DNA of 64,000 bases, from contig OZ242180.1 of assembly GCA_965205485.1 (NCBI GenBank), forward strand, positions 1,888,001 to 1,952,000, read 5' to 3'. Shown in pieces: positions 39,869 through 51,354 of the stretch (position 1 is its first letter; each line of letters opens with the position of its first letter). Below the pieces are notes generated by a model, which saw only the letters and a program-made list of their open reading frames with translations, made no database searches and was not told where the DNA came from. This DNA comes from Candidatus Latescibacterota bacterium (lineage in GTDB: Bacteria > Latescibacterota > UBA2968 > GCA-2709665). Made by a program: the position numbers and the translations under genes.

Positions 39869-40240
39869 CCTCTCTCCCCGGCCCTCTCTCCTATCAGGAG
39901 AGAGGGAGAAAAGCAAAGAAAACGCAACATGATCTACCAAGATCTGGAGCGAGGGCATCCCTGCCCTCGTACTTCGTGCAGCCGACCAATTTGCACACAA
40001 GGAGCCTAACCTAATGCTTCCCTTCCATGCGAAAACACGTCTCGATATACGGCCCCGGGACCTCGCGAATCAGCCGTCGAGGGCAGGGATGCCCTCGCTC
40101 CCGGGGGCACTTACACCGGTCCTCTCAGAAAACCAGGGGAGACGTGAGACGTTAGACGGGAGGGAGTGCCTGCCTTGTGAGGTCTCTTCTGATGCCGGAG
40201 GCAAGTAAGGAATAAAATACGGGGCAAGGGAATGGGGACG
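39868..40240. repeat. Repeat cluster with REPIN-like doublet 39947-40100
   Basis: Reverse-complement homolog of the 10.9-11.3 kb cluster. Confidence 0.88.
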
Positions 40241-40271
40241 TAATGGGTGTGGGGGAGGAATTAAAATATAC

Positions 40272-42885
40272 TCATTGCCCGAACGCCCTGGCAAAGATCA
40301 CAAAATCCCCCAGTCCAATGGCGTCATCGCCGTCCAGATCGAACTTCGGATCGAAGTCCGCATCCGCGGACGTCCTGCCAAACGCTTCCGAAAACGCGAC
40401 AAAGTCCGCGAACCCCACCGTTCCGTCGCCGTTGAAGTCTGCAAACACCGCCGCCTCGATAGAAACCGGCTCGAACGTCCTGAACCCCGCTGAACGTTCT
40501 CCGTTTTTCCACAGTCGCACGTCCAGCGTATAGGCGTCCGAAACCTGCTGCTCGCGCGAAAAGGCAATGTCCGTGCTGAACCGTCCGTTCACAACCGGTG
40601 CGACGAATTGGGTGTCGGACCGGCCGGATGGCGATGTGTCATCCCCGCCGAACGTGAAGAAACTGAATTCGATCTGGGATACCGACGGATCTGACGTGGC
40701 GCCGTCAACCCGCACCGGGTGACCGATCCGGTATTCAATGGGCATCGGCGCGTCGAGCCGGATGCCCTGGAAGAAATCCACGGGAAGCAGGACGGGCCCT
40801 GCTCCTTGAATTACGACGAAGGGGCGGAATGAGTCCTGTGGAAGCGCGTAGTTCGTATTGCCGCGTTGCCTGTTGATCGCCAGCTGATGAACGCCGGACT
40901 GCGCGTGCGTGAAGAGGACCGTCTTGCTGAAGTGCCTCTCGATCACGGGCGCCTCGAAGTGCACGGATCTGTCGATATCCTCGTGCCAGAAGCTGAGGTT
41001 GATCGCCGTCAGCGTTGTATCGGATACTGCGCCGGATATCTGGAGCGCCTGTCCCGTGCGCACTTCAACGGGGACCGGCGAGGAGAACACAATGTCGGTA
41101 AAGTAGCTGGTGGGCAATGGAGACTTCTCCGGTCCTTCCGCTATGGTGAAGACGCCGAAGGTGCCCGCCGGATCGAAGTCCTGTTGAGCCTGCCGTCTGG
41201 TTCCGACCCGGAGCCGATAGTCACCCGCCTGCTCGTGCGAGAAGAAAAACGTCTGGCGGAATTTTTCGTCGCGGATCGGGACAACGTAACGGTTTCTTCT
41301 GCCGAAATCCTCGAGCAGGAGCGTGAACTCGATCTCGGATATTGACGTATCGGATACAGCGCCCGAAACTTGAATCGGTTTGTAGGACTGAAAGGGTCCC
41401 GAAACCGGCGCATCGAGCGAAATCCCTGAAGAAATCGGCGGGAATCGCGATGCGGGTTTGGTCGCGAGGCGGAACGGGGATGAGGAACACCCTGGGAGAA
41501 CCCTCGGCGTCGGTTTGAATCCATATGGTTGTGGTCTCGCGGTACGACAATCGCAGAAAAGCTGCGGAAAGGGGTTGGACGGTTCCCTGTCCGGGGGACG
41601 TCTCCGGAGTGACGGGAATTCCGTTGGAAGGGGAAACCGTCGTGCGCCGCTTGTCGTGTCCGCCAGAAAGGGCGTGGTGTATTCGAGCGCAGGGTTGAAC
41701 CCCGACCCGCTCAGATACAGCCGCGACAGAAATCTCTCGTAAATGTCGGTGATGCGGTCATTGGCGGCCTCTCTCACGTTCCGTAATCCGACGTGGCTCG
41801 TCTGAACCAGGCGCGGGAGGATTTCATGCCGAAATCTTCGATGAGGCTGCCGCACAAACAGATAGGCTGCGCCGCGGACGGCCGGGTTATCGACCGACCC
41901 GCGCAGCGGCGTACCGTGCGGGTTGGCGAGGAAGCGTTCGATATTCTGTCGATTGTGCAATTCGTGCGCGCCGACCAGGTCCTCACAGAGGAGGGACAGT
42001 CCTTCGTTGAGCCAGTTCTCTTCTGGCAGGCCGTTTCGAACCAGCACGTGCTGGTGGAAGCTTAAGAGATGTTGAAATTCATGGGCAAGCACTGCGCCGG
42101 TAACGGCGGGATCGTTGAAAGGATTAATGAAGAGCAGGTCGACCTGGTCGCCGTTGCCGCCCTGGCTCTCGGGCAGGATCGATGCGGCGTTGAAGAATCC
42201 GCGTACCACGGTGGTATCGTCACCCACTTCGTCAACCAGGTGGGTGTAGAGCAGGTGAATCCTCTCGACGCCCACCGCACGCGGGTCGCGTACGAGCGCG
42301 GACGTGACAACGGGATAGATCCTCAGGCCGAACAGGCCGACGTCCCCCTCGATCCGCGTCCTGCTCACGCGGCCGGTGTCGGACACGTCCACGTAGGCTC
42401 TCGCCCGGTGGCCGTCCGCGAAGAGCACCGCCGTAACGGACGTATCGGGCACGTTTCCGAATGCGGGAAATTGCGAACCGGCGGGCGCCGACCAGATGCG
42501 GCGCGACCTTTGTCGCCGGGGGGCGGTATCCGCCGGTCTGTCGTACCCGGCGGGCAAGCTCGTGCTCCTTTCTTCGAAGCTGCGCTTCCAGACCGGCGCC
42601 CGGGATTGACGGCACCCTCGCATCGGGAGTGGGAACGCTCACGGACGTTGGCGCCGCTCGGGATATTGAAAACAGCGAACCCAGTACTCCGGATTCTCCT
42701 TGAGATCGGGCGTCGCTTCCGTATTCAGGGAATACAGGAACATCATGTAGTCCCGGTCGGTAAAATCGAGGGTCAGATGCGACTCGTCCCCAATAGTTGA
42801 CCGCCTGGCGTTCCCCGATCTTCTGCGCGGGAACCGGCTGAAAGGAGAATAACAACAGGAGAATGGAAACGGAAAAACGTGTCAT
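40272..42885 (-). CDS. Secreted zinc metallopeptidase (M30-like) + three ~110-aa repeats + dockerin-like domain; several 1-bp frameshifts
   Basis: Signal peptide MTRFSVSILLLL; LAHEFQH..WLNEGLS; C-terminal DFNGDGTVGFADF..DLDGDDAIGLGDF; homologous pieces in different frames. Confidence 0.75.
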
Positions 42886-43301
42886 TGTTGGCCGTCCTGT
42901 AAATTTCGTGTACGTAATACACGCTGCCCGGACAACCGCACGTCCCGGGCGGGTGGATGAACCCGCCGGCGCCGGCGGGATGGAGCCACACGTCAATGTC
43001 GGCTCGTCGGGTCGACCTGAGGGCGAAGAGGATCGCCCCCTCGCCCCACATTGCAAAACATCAGGCAACCCGGCGACATTGTCAAGCCATTTCACCAGAC
43101 TTCATCGGGAAAACACTTCAGGAAGGCAGTTGCGAAGGGAATACCGGCAACACATCATGACGACGTCACATCGCGGGCGGGGATGATACGGGAGACACAA
43201 CGACGCGCTTACGATGGGGGACGGGAAGTGAAGAGTACGCGTTACTTCCAGCTTTCGATCGATGTCAGTCTCAGTTGATCACATTCCGCTTGATGGCCGG
43301 C

Positions 43302-44579
43302 CTAATTCCCGACGGGTTGCCCGAACGCTTTCGAAAAAATCAGAAAGTCAGTAAATCCGACGGTTCCGTCACCGTCCAGATCGAACCTGGAATCGAAGGC
43401 CTCATCGTCGGAAGACGCGCCGAACGCATCTGCAAACAGGATGAAATCCGGAAACCCAATCGTTCCATCACGATCGAAGTCCGGGGAAGGGGGCGGCATT
43501 AAGGTTATTGGTCCGAATCGTCTGGGACCCAGCGAGCGGTTGCCCCGTCTCCACAGATACACATCCAGCGAACCATCGCCAGGGCGGTGCCCGTGCTCGG
43601 GTGAAAACTCGATATTTGCGATGAATTCACCTTGGGTCACAGGTGAGCTGAAGTCGACCCGGCCTCGGAAATTCTGACGCGATTTGTGTACAAAGAACTC
43701 AAAGTCGATTTGACGCACGGAAGGATCGGACACGGTGCCGGTAACTCGAACGCTTCGTCCAAGCGCATAGACGACTGGCATCGGCGACGTAAGTTCGATT
43801 TCCTCGAAGTAGTCGAAAGGAAAGAACACTGCACCCTCGCCTTCTGTTACGTTAATGGGGCTGAATTCGTCCCGACGTATTTGAACAGTGTGCCCGGAGC
43901 GATACCTTTCCAGTGCCAGTTTGTAAACACCTGCCGTATTGTGCGGCAGGAATATCGGCTTGTTTAGTCGACCGTCGATCACCGGGGCTATGTGCCACAT
44001 CGGAAAATCACCGTTCCTATTGTAGAAGATCAGCTTGACCATGTATAGTGATGGATCGAATACCGTTGCGGAAACACGAACAATCTGACCGGTCGTCATT
44101 TCAACGGGGATCGGTGAGTCCAGTTCAATATCGGAAAAATAATCCACGGGAATCGGCGATATCTCTGGGGCTTGTTGAACAATGAAGGGACGAAATGCGC
44201 CTGCTGAGGAGTATGGCGGCTTCCCCCGTATGAGTCTCAACTGCAAGACATAGTCATCTGCCTGTTCGTGGGAAAAGAACAACGTATGTTTGAATCCCTG
44301 GTCGTGTACCGGAACCATGTACCAATACGCCGACCCACATTGGTCTATTTCTTCACTGTCGTTGTAAAGGAATGCAAACTGGATCTCGGATATCAGAGGA
44401 TCGGATACCGTACCGGAAAAGTGAATCGGCGTGTACGACAGAAATGGGCCGGACACGGACGCATCCAGCGAGATCCCTGCGAAGAAATCTCTTGATATCG
44501 TCGTATTGGCTTGACCGTCCGCGGCAAGCGGCTTTAGACCGAGTGAGATCAGAAGGAACGCAACTGCCAGAGTTCTCAT
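43302..44579 (-). CDS. Secreted protein, three ~110-aa repeats + dockerin-like domain
   Basis: Signal peptide MRTLAVAF; repeats D(F/Y)F..I.L.SP.P; DFDRDGTIGFPDF..DLDGDGTVGFTDF. Confidence 0.85.
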   Translation of the reverse strand: MRTLAVAFLLISLGLKPLAADGQANTTISRDFFAGISLDASVSGPFLSYTPIHFSGTVSDPLISEIQFAFLYNDSEEIDQCGSAYWYMVPVHDQGFKHTLFFSHEQADDYVLQLRLIRGKPPYSSAGAFRPFIVQQAPEISPIPVDYFSDIELDSPIPVEMTTGQIVRVSATVFDPSLYMVKLIFYNRNGDFPMWHIAPVIDGRLNKPIFLPHNTAGVYKLALERYRSGHTVQIRRDEFSPINVTEGEGAVFFPFDYFEEIELTSPMPVVYALGRSVRVTGTVSDPSVRQIDFEFFVHKSRQNFRGRVDFSSPVTQGEFIANIEFSPEHGHRPGDGSLDVYLWRRGNRSLGPRRFGPITLMPPPSPDFDRDGTIGFPDFILFADAFGASSDDEAFDSRFDLDGDGTVGFTDFLIFSKAFGQPVGN

Positions 44580-44882
44580 CTCCAGCCTCCCTGCAAGTTT
44601 TCGACCGATTGCGCACCGCTGGAAACTGATACGTTGCAAATGCTTTGGCAATCTGCAACGATTAACCTCAATCCAAAAAAAACAGCAACGCGGCGACGCG
44701 ATAAAACCCTCCGAAACGGGGCGTTATCGACGTAAAGAAGGGCGTTTTTTCCCTTCACGTACAGTGTCCTGGTGTATCCTGGTAATCAGCCGTCTAATCG
44801 CCTTTATTAACTCGCACATATTCGAATTAACCTTCCCGAAAAATGACGAATCAAGGTCAAAATCAGGAATAGATCCTTCGCA

Positions 44883-46883
44883 TCACTGTCGTCCGTTCGT
44901 ACCGAAAGCCTCCCCGAATATCAGAAAGTCCGAGAATCCCACCTCCCCGTCCAGGTCCAGATCGAACCAGGGTTCGAAGTCGTCGTCGGCCCACGACCTG
45001 CCGAAAGCGCGCGCAAAGAGGATGAAATCCGGGAACCCGACCGTCCCGTCACGGTCGAAGTCCGGAGACGGGCGTTCCCCCCGCATTACGGCCATCGGGC
45101 TGTATGTCGTTGCAAAATGCCTGTTTACGCCAATGCGAAGCGTGTATGTTCCTGCCTCATCCGGATAGAAAAAGAGCCGTTTGTTGAACCGACCCTCGGT
45201 AACGGGCGCACGGAATCGGATCTCCCTCAAGGCGTTTTCAAAATAGAAATCAACCACACCGGACGGCGCCGCAGCGGATGACGTTCCACTTATGGATATG
45301 GCCTGCCCTGTCCTGAACTGAAGCGGCAGCGGCGGGTCGAAGGCAGCGCGGGCCCGATAATTCGCGGGTATCGCGATACGTGGTTGGTAGTTTATGGGTA
45401 TGGGTATGAGTTGTGCCCGAAATGTACCATCCGGATCGGTCTGTATGGTTATCGTGGTCCGCCTTCGGTTTCCAGTCAATCGAATGTACATGGGTGAAAG
45501 TTGATGCAAAAGCCCTTTGACCGTAACCGTGTGCGCATCGCTCCGAAAGACAGGATCGAACCCGCCGCCGTCGTAGATCTGGTACCCGCCTTCCGGCCAA
45601 ATTACAGGCTGATTGGGGAGGGGAAATGCACGAGCGTGCGAAATGTCGTCTGCGAGCGGCGCCGAAGTATAGTTGAGCTTTGTGTTGAGGCGCAATCCAC
45701 TCAGGAACAGCCTCGCAGCGTGCCTGTCGAAAATATCGCCAAATCGACGGCCCGTCGCGGCCTCTATATTTGCAATTCCCGTCTTGTCGGTCTGCACGAG
45801 CCGTGACACGATTCCTGAGCCAAACTCCTCAACAAGGCTATGCACGAAAAGATAAAGGGCCCCACGACTTCTCCGTACACAATTCCCGTTCGTAACCAAT
45901 GGACCCTGGCCCGTAAAGTCGAGGAAGAAATCGGCATTCGATTCATTGAAGAAGTTCTCGCCGATGAGGTCTTCGCAGAAGTGTGATAACCCCTCATTGA
46001 GCCAAAGAACTTCCGGTTGTCCGTTGCGAACGAGCACGCGCTGATTGAAGTTGATGAGATGTTGGAATTCGTGTGCAAGCACGGCATGGACTTTCCGTGG
46101 ATCGGTGTCCGGGTCTATATAGAACATATCGGAAAGGTTACCATTGCCTCCCTGACTCACGGATAGCAACGACGGTGCATGGAAGAATCCGGCCGCGCCG
46201 AAAATGGATTCATCCGGGTTAACGAGATTGGTATAAAGAAAGTGGATCTTGCCATCGCTATCCACGTCTGAAGCCGGTCCGAATGCGGACGTGACAAGGG
46301 GATATGTCTTCTCGCTGAAGCGGTCGACCTGTACCTGGAGCGAGTCTGCGTTCATCCGGCTGACGTCCGCCACGTCCACGTAGGCATTAGCCCGCTCGCC
46401 GGTCGCTACGAGAGACGCCGTAATTGTGGTTTTCGGGACATTTCCGAATGGGGGAAACACGAATTGGCGGGTGCTGCCTATCTGTTGCGGGACGGTCTTC
46501 GCCGCGTGAGGGCGATAGCCGCCGGATTCCTGCAGGCGGCCCGCAAGTTCCCGTTCCCGTGCTCGCAGCATGCTTTCGAAACTGACACGGTCGGCAACGG
46601 GCGCTTGCGGACTGGCCTCCGGTCCGCCATCCAGAACGGGATTCGAAGTGCCGAAAGCGGCGGTCACGGAGTAGCCCAACGGACTTTGGAGACCGAAACT
46701 CTTGTTTTCCAAATGGGTATCAATGGAATAGAGGATCAACTGGTAGTCGCATTTCGAGAAATCAAGGGTCAGCGTCGTTGAATTCTCAGGGAGATCGACC
46801 GGTATCGGCTCGCCGATTTCCTGGGCGGGAAGCTTCTGAATGCCAGCCAATAACAGCAGGAACAAGCAGCTGAGAAGCCTCAT
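44883..46883 (-). CDS. Secreted M30-like zinc metallopeptidase + one repeat + dockerin-like domain
   Basis: Signal peptide; DVDSDGKI; LAHEFQHLI..WLNEGLSH; duplicated DxDxDG tail. Confidence 0.85.
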   Translation of the reverse strand: MRLLSCLFLLLLAGIQKLPAQEIGEPIPVDLPENSTTLTLDFSKCDYQLILYSIDTHLENKSFGLQSPLGYSVTAAFGTSNPVLDGGPEASPQAPVADRVSFESMLRARERELAGRLQESGGYRPHAAKTVPQQIGSTRQFVFPPFGNVPKTTITASLVATGERANAYVDVADVSRMNADSLQVQVDRFSEKTYPLVTSAFGPASDVDSDGKIHFLYTNLVNPDESIFGAAGFFHAPSLLSVSQGGNGNLSDMFYIDPDTDPRKVHAVLAHEFQHLINFNQRVLVRNGQPEVLWLNEGLSHFCEDLIGENFFNESNADFFLDFTGQGPLVTNGNCVRRSRGALYLFVHSLVEEFGSGIVSRLVQTDKTGIANIEAATGRRFGDIFDRHAARLFLSGLRLNTKLNYTSAPLADDISHARAFPLPNQPVIWPEGGYQIYDGGGFDPVFRSDAHTVTVKGLLHQLSPMYIRLTGNRRRTTITIQTDPDGTFRAQLIPIPINYQPRIAIPANYRARAAFDPPLPLQFRTGQAISISGTSSAAAPSGVVDFYFENALREIRFRAPVTEGRFNKRLFFYPDEAGTYTLRIGVNRHFATTYSPMAVMRGERPSPDFDRDGTVGFPDFILFARAFGRSWADDDFEPWFDLDLDGEVGFSDFLIFGEAFGTNGRQ

Positions 46884-47612
46884 CCCTGGCCTCCTTTCAT
46901 ATTCTCAACCGTACGCACGTCGGTGGAAACCGACCGGGTAGTGGTACGATACTTGCAATAGGCCTTATGTTCTGCCATTGAAAAGCGCAGTTGGATCGGT
47001 AAAACCGAAAATTGAAAAAATGTGCAAGCCTGCTGCCATTGTTCAATAGTAACCGGGAAGTTGCACGTTGTTGTCAAATAATATTGTTCAATCATAGCAG
47101 GAAACGTACTGAATTCGCACGGCTTCCTGATCCATCGCGGTCAACTATAGTCATACCCACCCTCCCACAGATCCGAATAATCCCTGCAGGTCGCAATCGT
47201 AGTTGGCCGGATTCCAGCCCTGCTTGTTCGTTATCCGGTCTTGACCCCTGTCCATTGTTTGTCAATCCTGTTCACTCGGTCTCTCATCATGTTCAATCGG
47301 CTTTTCACTTTGTTCAGTCCTGGTCGGGGTTTTGATCCTGCACAATCCGCTTCAAATCCTGTTGCGTTCTGCTCCTGGTTCTTAACCTCAATTCCGCAAA
47401 AGCCGCAACGCGGCAACTCGACGAAACCCTTCGAAACAGGCCGAAATGGTCGTCATGAAGGACATTTTTTCAGTTCACGTACAGTGTCCTGGTGTATCCT
47501 GGTAATCAGCAGTCTAATCGCTTTTTTAACTGACACATATTCGAATTAACGTCCTCGAAAAATGAGGAATCAAGGTTAATCCTGCTTAATCCTTTCCCGG
47601 TTTTTCTCTCAT

Positions 47613-48875
47613 TCACTGCCCAAATGCTTTGGCGAAGATCAAGAAATCGCCGAAATCAACGGTCCCATCGCCATTCAGATCGTACCTGAAAATCCATGCA
47701 GCTGAAGGCCTCCCGAACGCCCCCGCAAATAACCTGAAATCGGCGAGATCCACCGTGCCATTGCCATCAAAGTCAGGGGAGGGTAGTATGGTAATCGGCC
47801 GGAATGTTCTGGGGCCCCGGGAACGATTGCCTCGGCTATGCAAGAAGACATCAAGCCAATAGTCCCCGGGATGCAGCTGGGACGGGAAATCGCCCAGGAT
47901 GGAAAATTGCTTGTAGCTGATGGCTGCCTTGAAGCTTGCGTCTGTGGTCCCGGGTGATGGACCCAGATATCCACTGGGAAACTGGAACTGGAACTGGAAT
48001 TCGATATCGGAGACCGAAGGATCGGATACGGCGCCGGCAATCCGCAGCTTCTGGCCCGGCGAAAATACAACCGGCATACGCGAGGTAATTATGACTCCCT
48101 CAAAGTAGTCATAAGGGAGGTACGCGGTCCCCGCGCCTCTCATGACATTGACGGGTCTGAATACATCCTGTGCGGCGGCACCTTGTCGGCTGCCATGATA
48201 TCTCCATAACTCCAGGTCGTATACGCCTGCTGTTTTGTGGGCAAAAAAGATCGTCTTGTTGAATTTACCGTCTATCACTGGCGCGCGGTGTACCAGCCGA
48301 AAGTCGATATTCTTCTGAAAGAAGGTCAACGCGATCATCGATAGAGTTGGGTCGAATACAGTACCGGAAACTCGAACAGCCTGCCCTGTCGTGATTTCAA
48401 CCGGGATTGGTGACGCCAATTCAATGTCAGGAAAGAAGCCAGTGGGAATCGGCGTGGGTTTCGTATTTTCTTGTATTAAGATCGAGTGGACGACACCCGC
48501 CGAAGAGTACGGCTGTTTACCCCGTTTTGTAAGCAGTTCCAGATGGTAGCCATCCGCCTGTTCGTTTGAAAAGAACAACGTATGGCTGAATCTGCGTTCG
48601 CGCACGGGGACACTGTAAAAATTAAACAAATTACAGTCATCTATGTCTTCAGCTTCATTGAAGTAGACGTGAAACATGACCCGGGAAATCGAGGGATCGG
48701 ACACCGTGCCGGAAAAATGAATTGGCGTGTACGAAAAAAACGGACCGCTTACCGGCTTGTCAAGCTTAATGCCTGTGAAATAATCGGTTGAAATCTCGAT
48801 GTTGGACCGGCTGTCTGCATATAGCGGATGAAAGCACAATAATGAAAGAAGGAATGCGCTTGAAAAGGACCTCAT
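47613..48875 (-). CDS. Secreted protein, three ~110-aa repeats + dockerin-like domain (paralog of 43302-44579)
   Basis: Collinear similarity; DFDGNGTVDLADF..DLNGDGTVDFGDF. Confidence 0.85.
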   Translation of the reverse strand: MRSFSSAFLLSLLCFHPLYADSRSNIEISTDYFTGIKLDKPVSGPFFSYTPIHFSGTVSDPSISRVMFHVYFNEAEDIDDCNLFNFYSVPVRERRFSHTLFFSNEQADGYHLELLTKRGKQPYSSAGVVHSILIQENTKPTPIPTGFFPDIELASPIPVEITTGQAVRVSGTVFDPTLSMIALTFFQKNIDFRLVHRAPVIDGKFNKTIFFAHKTAGVYDLELWRYHGSRQGAAAQDVFRPVNVMRGAGTAYLPYDYFEGVIITSRMPVVFSPGQKLRIAGAVSDPSVSDIEFQFQFQFPSGYLGPSPGTTDASFKAAISYKQFSILGDFPSQLHPGDYWLDVFLHSRGNRSRGPRTFRPITILPSPDFDGNGTVDLADFRLFAGAFGRPSAAWIFRYDLNGDGTVDFGDFLIFAKAFGQ

Positions 48876-48969
48876 TCCGGCCTCCAGCTGTGTTTGAGAC
48901 GGAAAAAATGCCGCAGGAAATCGGTCTGGACGGAGCGCCATGGGGTTCGTTCGCTGTAACCGGAGCGAG

Positions 48970-50964
48970 TCATCGTCCGAAAGCCTCCGTGAAAATCAGA
49001 TAGTCCGAGAATCCCACCTCGCCGTCGAGGTCCAGATCGAACCGGGATTCCCAATCCTCGTCGTCCCTGGAATTGCCGAACGCGCGCGCAAAGAGGATGA
49101 AATCCGGGAACCCGACCATCCCGTCGCGGTCAAAGTCCGGGGAAGGGGGTTCCCTGTGTACCACGGCCATTGGGTAAAAGACCGCTGATCCGTGCCATCC
49201 CGCCACCGTGATGGAGAATGAATATCTCCCGACGTCATTGGGATGAAAGAAGAGTGTCTTATTGAACTTACCATTTGCAATTGGCGTTTGTAAGCGGATT
49301 ACCCGGAGACCGCTCTCCAGCCAGAACTCGACGTTTCCGGTCAATGACGCATTGGAGATTCTTCCGCTGACAGGAATGGCCTCGCCAACCCGGAACTGCA
49401 CGGGCAACGGCGTGTCAAAGGCTACACGTGGCCAATAATTCCCGGATATCGAGATTTGAGGCTGATAGTTCACGGGGACGGGAACGAGTTGTGCCCGGAA
49501 TTCACCTTTTGGATCTGTACGAATGGTAATCTTCGTCTCATTTCGGTTGCCAATCAGGCGTAGATACACAGGCGCGAGCTGATATATTTCCCCTTTGACC
49601 GTGACGGATTGCGTCTCATCCGGGGAGACCGGTATAAACCTCCTGTTTCCGCCAAATTGGTGCCCGCCACCTGGCCACATCAATGCTTGATGGGGGAGCG
49701 GGAATGTCCGTGCGCCGGAAACGTCGTCTGCAAGAGGCGCTTCAGTAAAGCTTAGGTCGGCGTTGATGCCCAGTCCGCTCAAGAATAGCCTCGCAACGTG
49801 CTTCTCGAAAATTTCCCCAAATTGACGGCCCGCCGCAGCTTCTATGTTTTCCAATCCAATCTCGTCGCTCTGCACCAGCCGCGCCAGAATTCCTGACCCA
49901 GACTCCTCAACGAGGCTGCGCACGAAGAGATAGGCGGCACCCCGACTCATCTGGCCCATGCGCGACGTCGTGACCAACGGTCCGCCGCTGGTATTTGTCA
50001 AAAAGAGATCGACATACCTGTCATTGTGCGCGCGGTTCTCGCCTATAAGGTCTTCACAGAAATGCGATAACCCCTCATTGAGCCAAAGAACTTCCGGTTG
50101 TCCGTTGCGAATGAGCACGCGCTGATTGAAGCTGATGAGATGTTGAAATTCGTGTGCAAGCAAGCCGTGCATTCTCCATGGATCCGTGTCCGGGTCGATA
50201 TAAAACATATCGGATAGATTACCGTCGCCTCCCTGGTTCACCGAAAGCAACGACGGGGCATGGAAGAACGCCGCGGCGCCGAATAAGGAATTATCCGGGT
50301 TTACGCGATTGGTGTACACAAAGTGGATCTTGCCATCGTTATCCACGTCCGAAGGCGGTCCGATTGCGGATGTAACAATGGGATATGTCGTCTCGCTGAA
50401 GCGTTCGACCTGCACTTTGATCGAGTCATTACTCATCCGGCCGACGTCGAGCAGGTCCACGTAGGCATTTGCCCGCTGGCTGGTCGCCACAAGAAGTGCA
50501 GAAATCGTGACACTCGCTCTGTCTTCAAACGAAGGAAAGACAAACTTGCGGATTCTGCCTGATTCCTGCGGGACGATCTTCGCCGCGCCCGGGCGATAGC
50601 CACCGGATTCCTGCAGGCGCCTCGCGAGTTCCCGTTCCCGTGTACGTATCGAGCTTTCAAGGCTGACACGGTCGGAAAGGGGCGCTTGTGGACTGGCCTC
50701 CAATCCGCCATCCAAAACGGGATTCGAAGTGCCGAAAGCGGCGGTCACGGAGTAACCCAACGGACTTTTGAGTCCGAAACTACTGTCTTCCAAATGGGTA
50801 TCGATGGAATAGAGGATCAACTCGTAGTCGCATTTTGAGAAATCAAGGGTGAGCGTCGTTGAAGACTCAGCGAGATCGACCGGTATCGGCTGGCCGATTT
50901 CCTGGGCGGGAAGCTTCTGAATGTCGGCCAACAACAGGATGAGCAAGGAGACGAGAATCCTCAT
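48970..50964 (-). CDS. Secreted M30-like zinc metallopeptidase + one repeat + dockerin-like domain (paralog of 44883-46883)
   Basis: LAHEFQHLI..WLNEGLSH; duplicated DxDxDG tail. Confidence 0.85.
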   Translation of the reverse strand: MRILVSLLILLLADIQKLPAQEIGQPIPVDLAESSTTLTLDFSKCDYELILYSIDTHLEDSSFGLKSPLGYSVTAAFGTSNPVLDGGLEASPQAPLSDRVSLESSIRTRERELARRLQESGGYRPGAAKIVPQESGRIRKFVFPSFEDRASVTISALLVATSQRANAYVDLLDVGRMSNDSIKVQVERFSETTYPIVTSAIGPPSDVDNDGKIHFVYTNRVNPDNSLFGAAAFFHAPSLLSVNQGGDGNLSDMFYIDPDTDPWRMHGLLAHEFQHLISFNQRVLIRNGQPEVLWLNEGLSHFCEDLIGENRAHNDRYVDLFLTNTSGGPLVTTSRMGQMSRGAAYLFVRSLVEESGSGILARLVQSDEIGLENIEAAAGRQFGEIFEKHVARLFLSGLGINADLSFTEAPLADDVSGARTFPLPHQALMWPGGGHQFGGNRRFIPVSPDETQSVTVKGEIYQLAPVYLRLIGNRNETKITIRTDPKGEFRAQLVPVPVNYQPQISISGNYWPRVAFDTPLPVQFRVGEAIPVSGRISNASLTGNVEFWLESGLRVIRLQTPIANGKFNKTLFFHPNDVGRYSFSITVAGWHGSAVFYPMAVVHREPPSPDFDRDGMVGFPDFILFARAFGNSRDDEDWESRFDLDLDGEVGFSDYLIFTEAFGR

Positions 50965-51354
50965 CCCTGGCCTCCTTTCATATTCTCAACCGTACGCACG
51001 TCGGTGGAAACCGACCGGGTCGTGGTACGATACTTGCAATAGGCCTTACGTTCTGCCATTGAAAAGCGCCGTTGGATCGATAAAACCGAAAACTGAAAAA
51101 ATGTGCACGCCTGCTGCCATTGTTCAATAGTAACCGTGAAGTTACACGTTGTTGTCAAGTAATATTGTCCAGTCATAGCAGAAAATCTACTGAATTCGCC
51201 AGGCTTCCTGATCCATCGCGGTCAACTATAGTCAATCCCACCCGCCCGCAAATCAAAGTAATCCCGGCAGGTCTCCATTGTAGTTGATTGGGTGTTAAAC
51301 CTGTTCAATCGGATTCAAATCTTGCTCCATCCTGGTCCGGTTTTAGTCCTCGGC

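Noticed and set aside
46880..47095. 71-aa ORF conserved upstream of both peptidases (also 50961-51176)
   Set aside because: By manual comparison about half of the differences are non-synonymous and there is no clear RBS; conservation is explained by the DNA duplication. Not fully excluded
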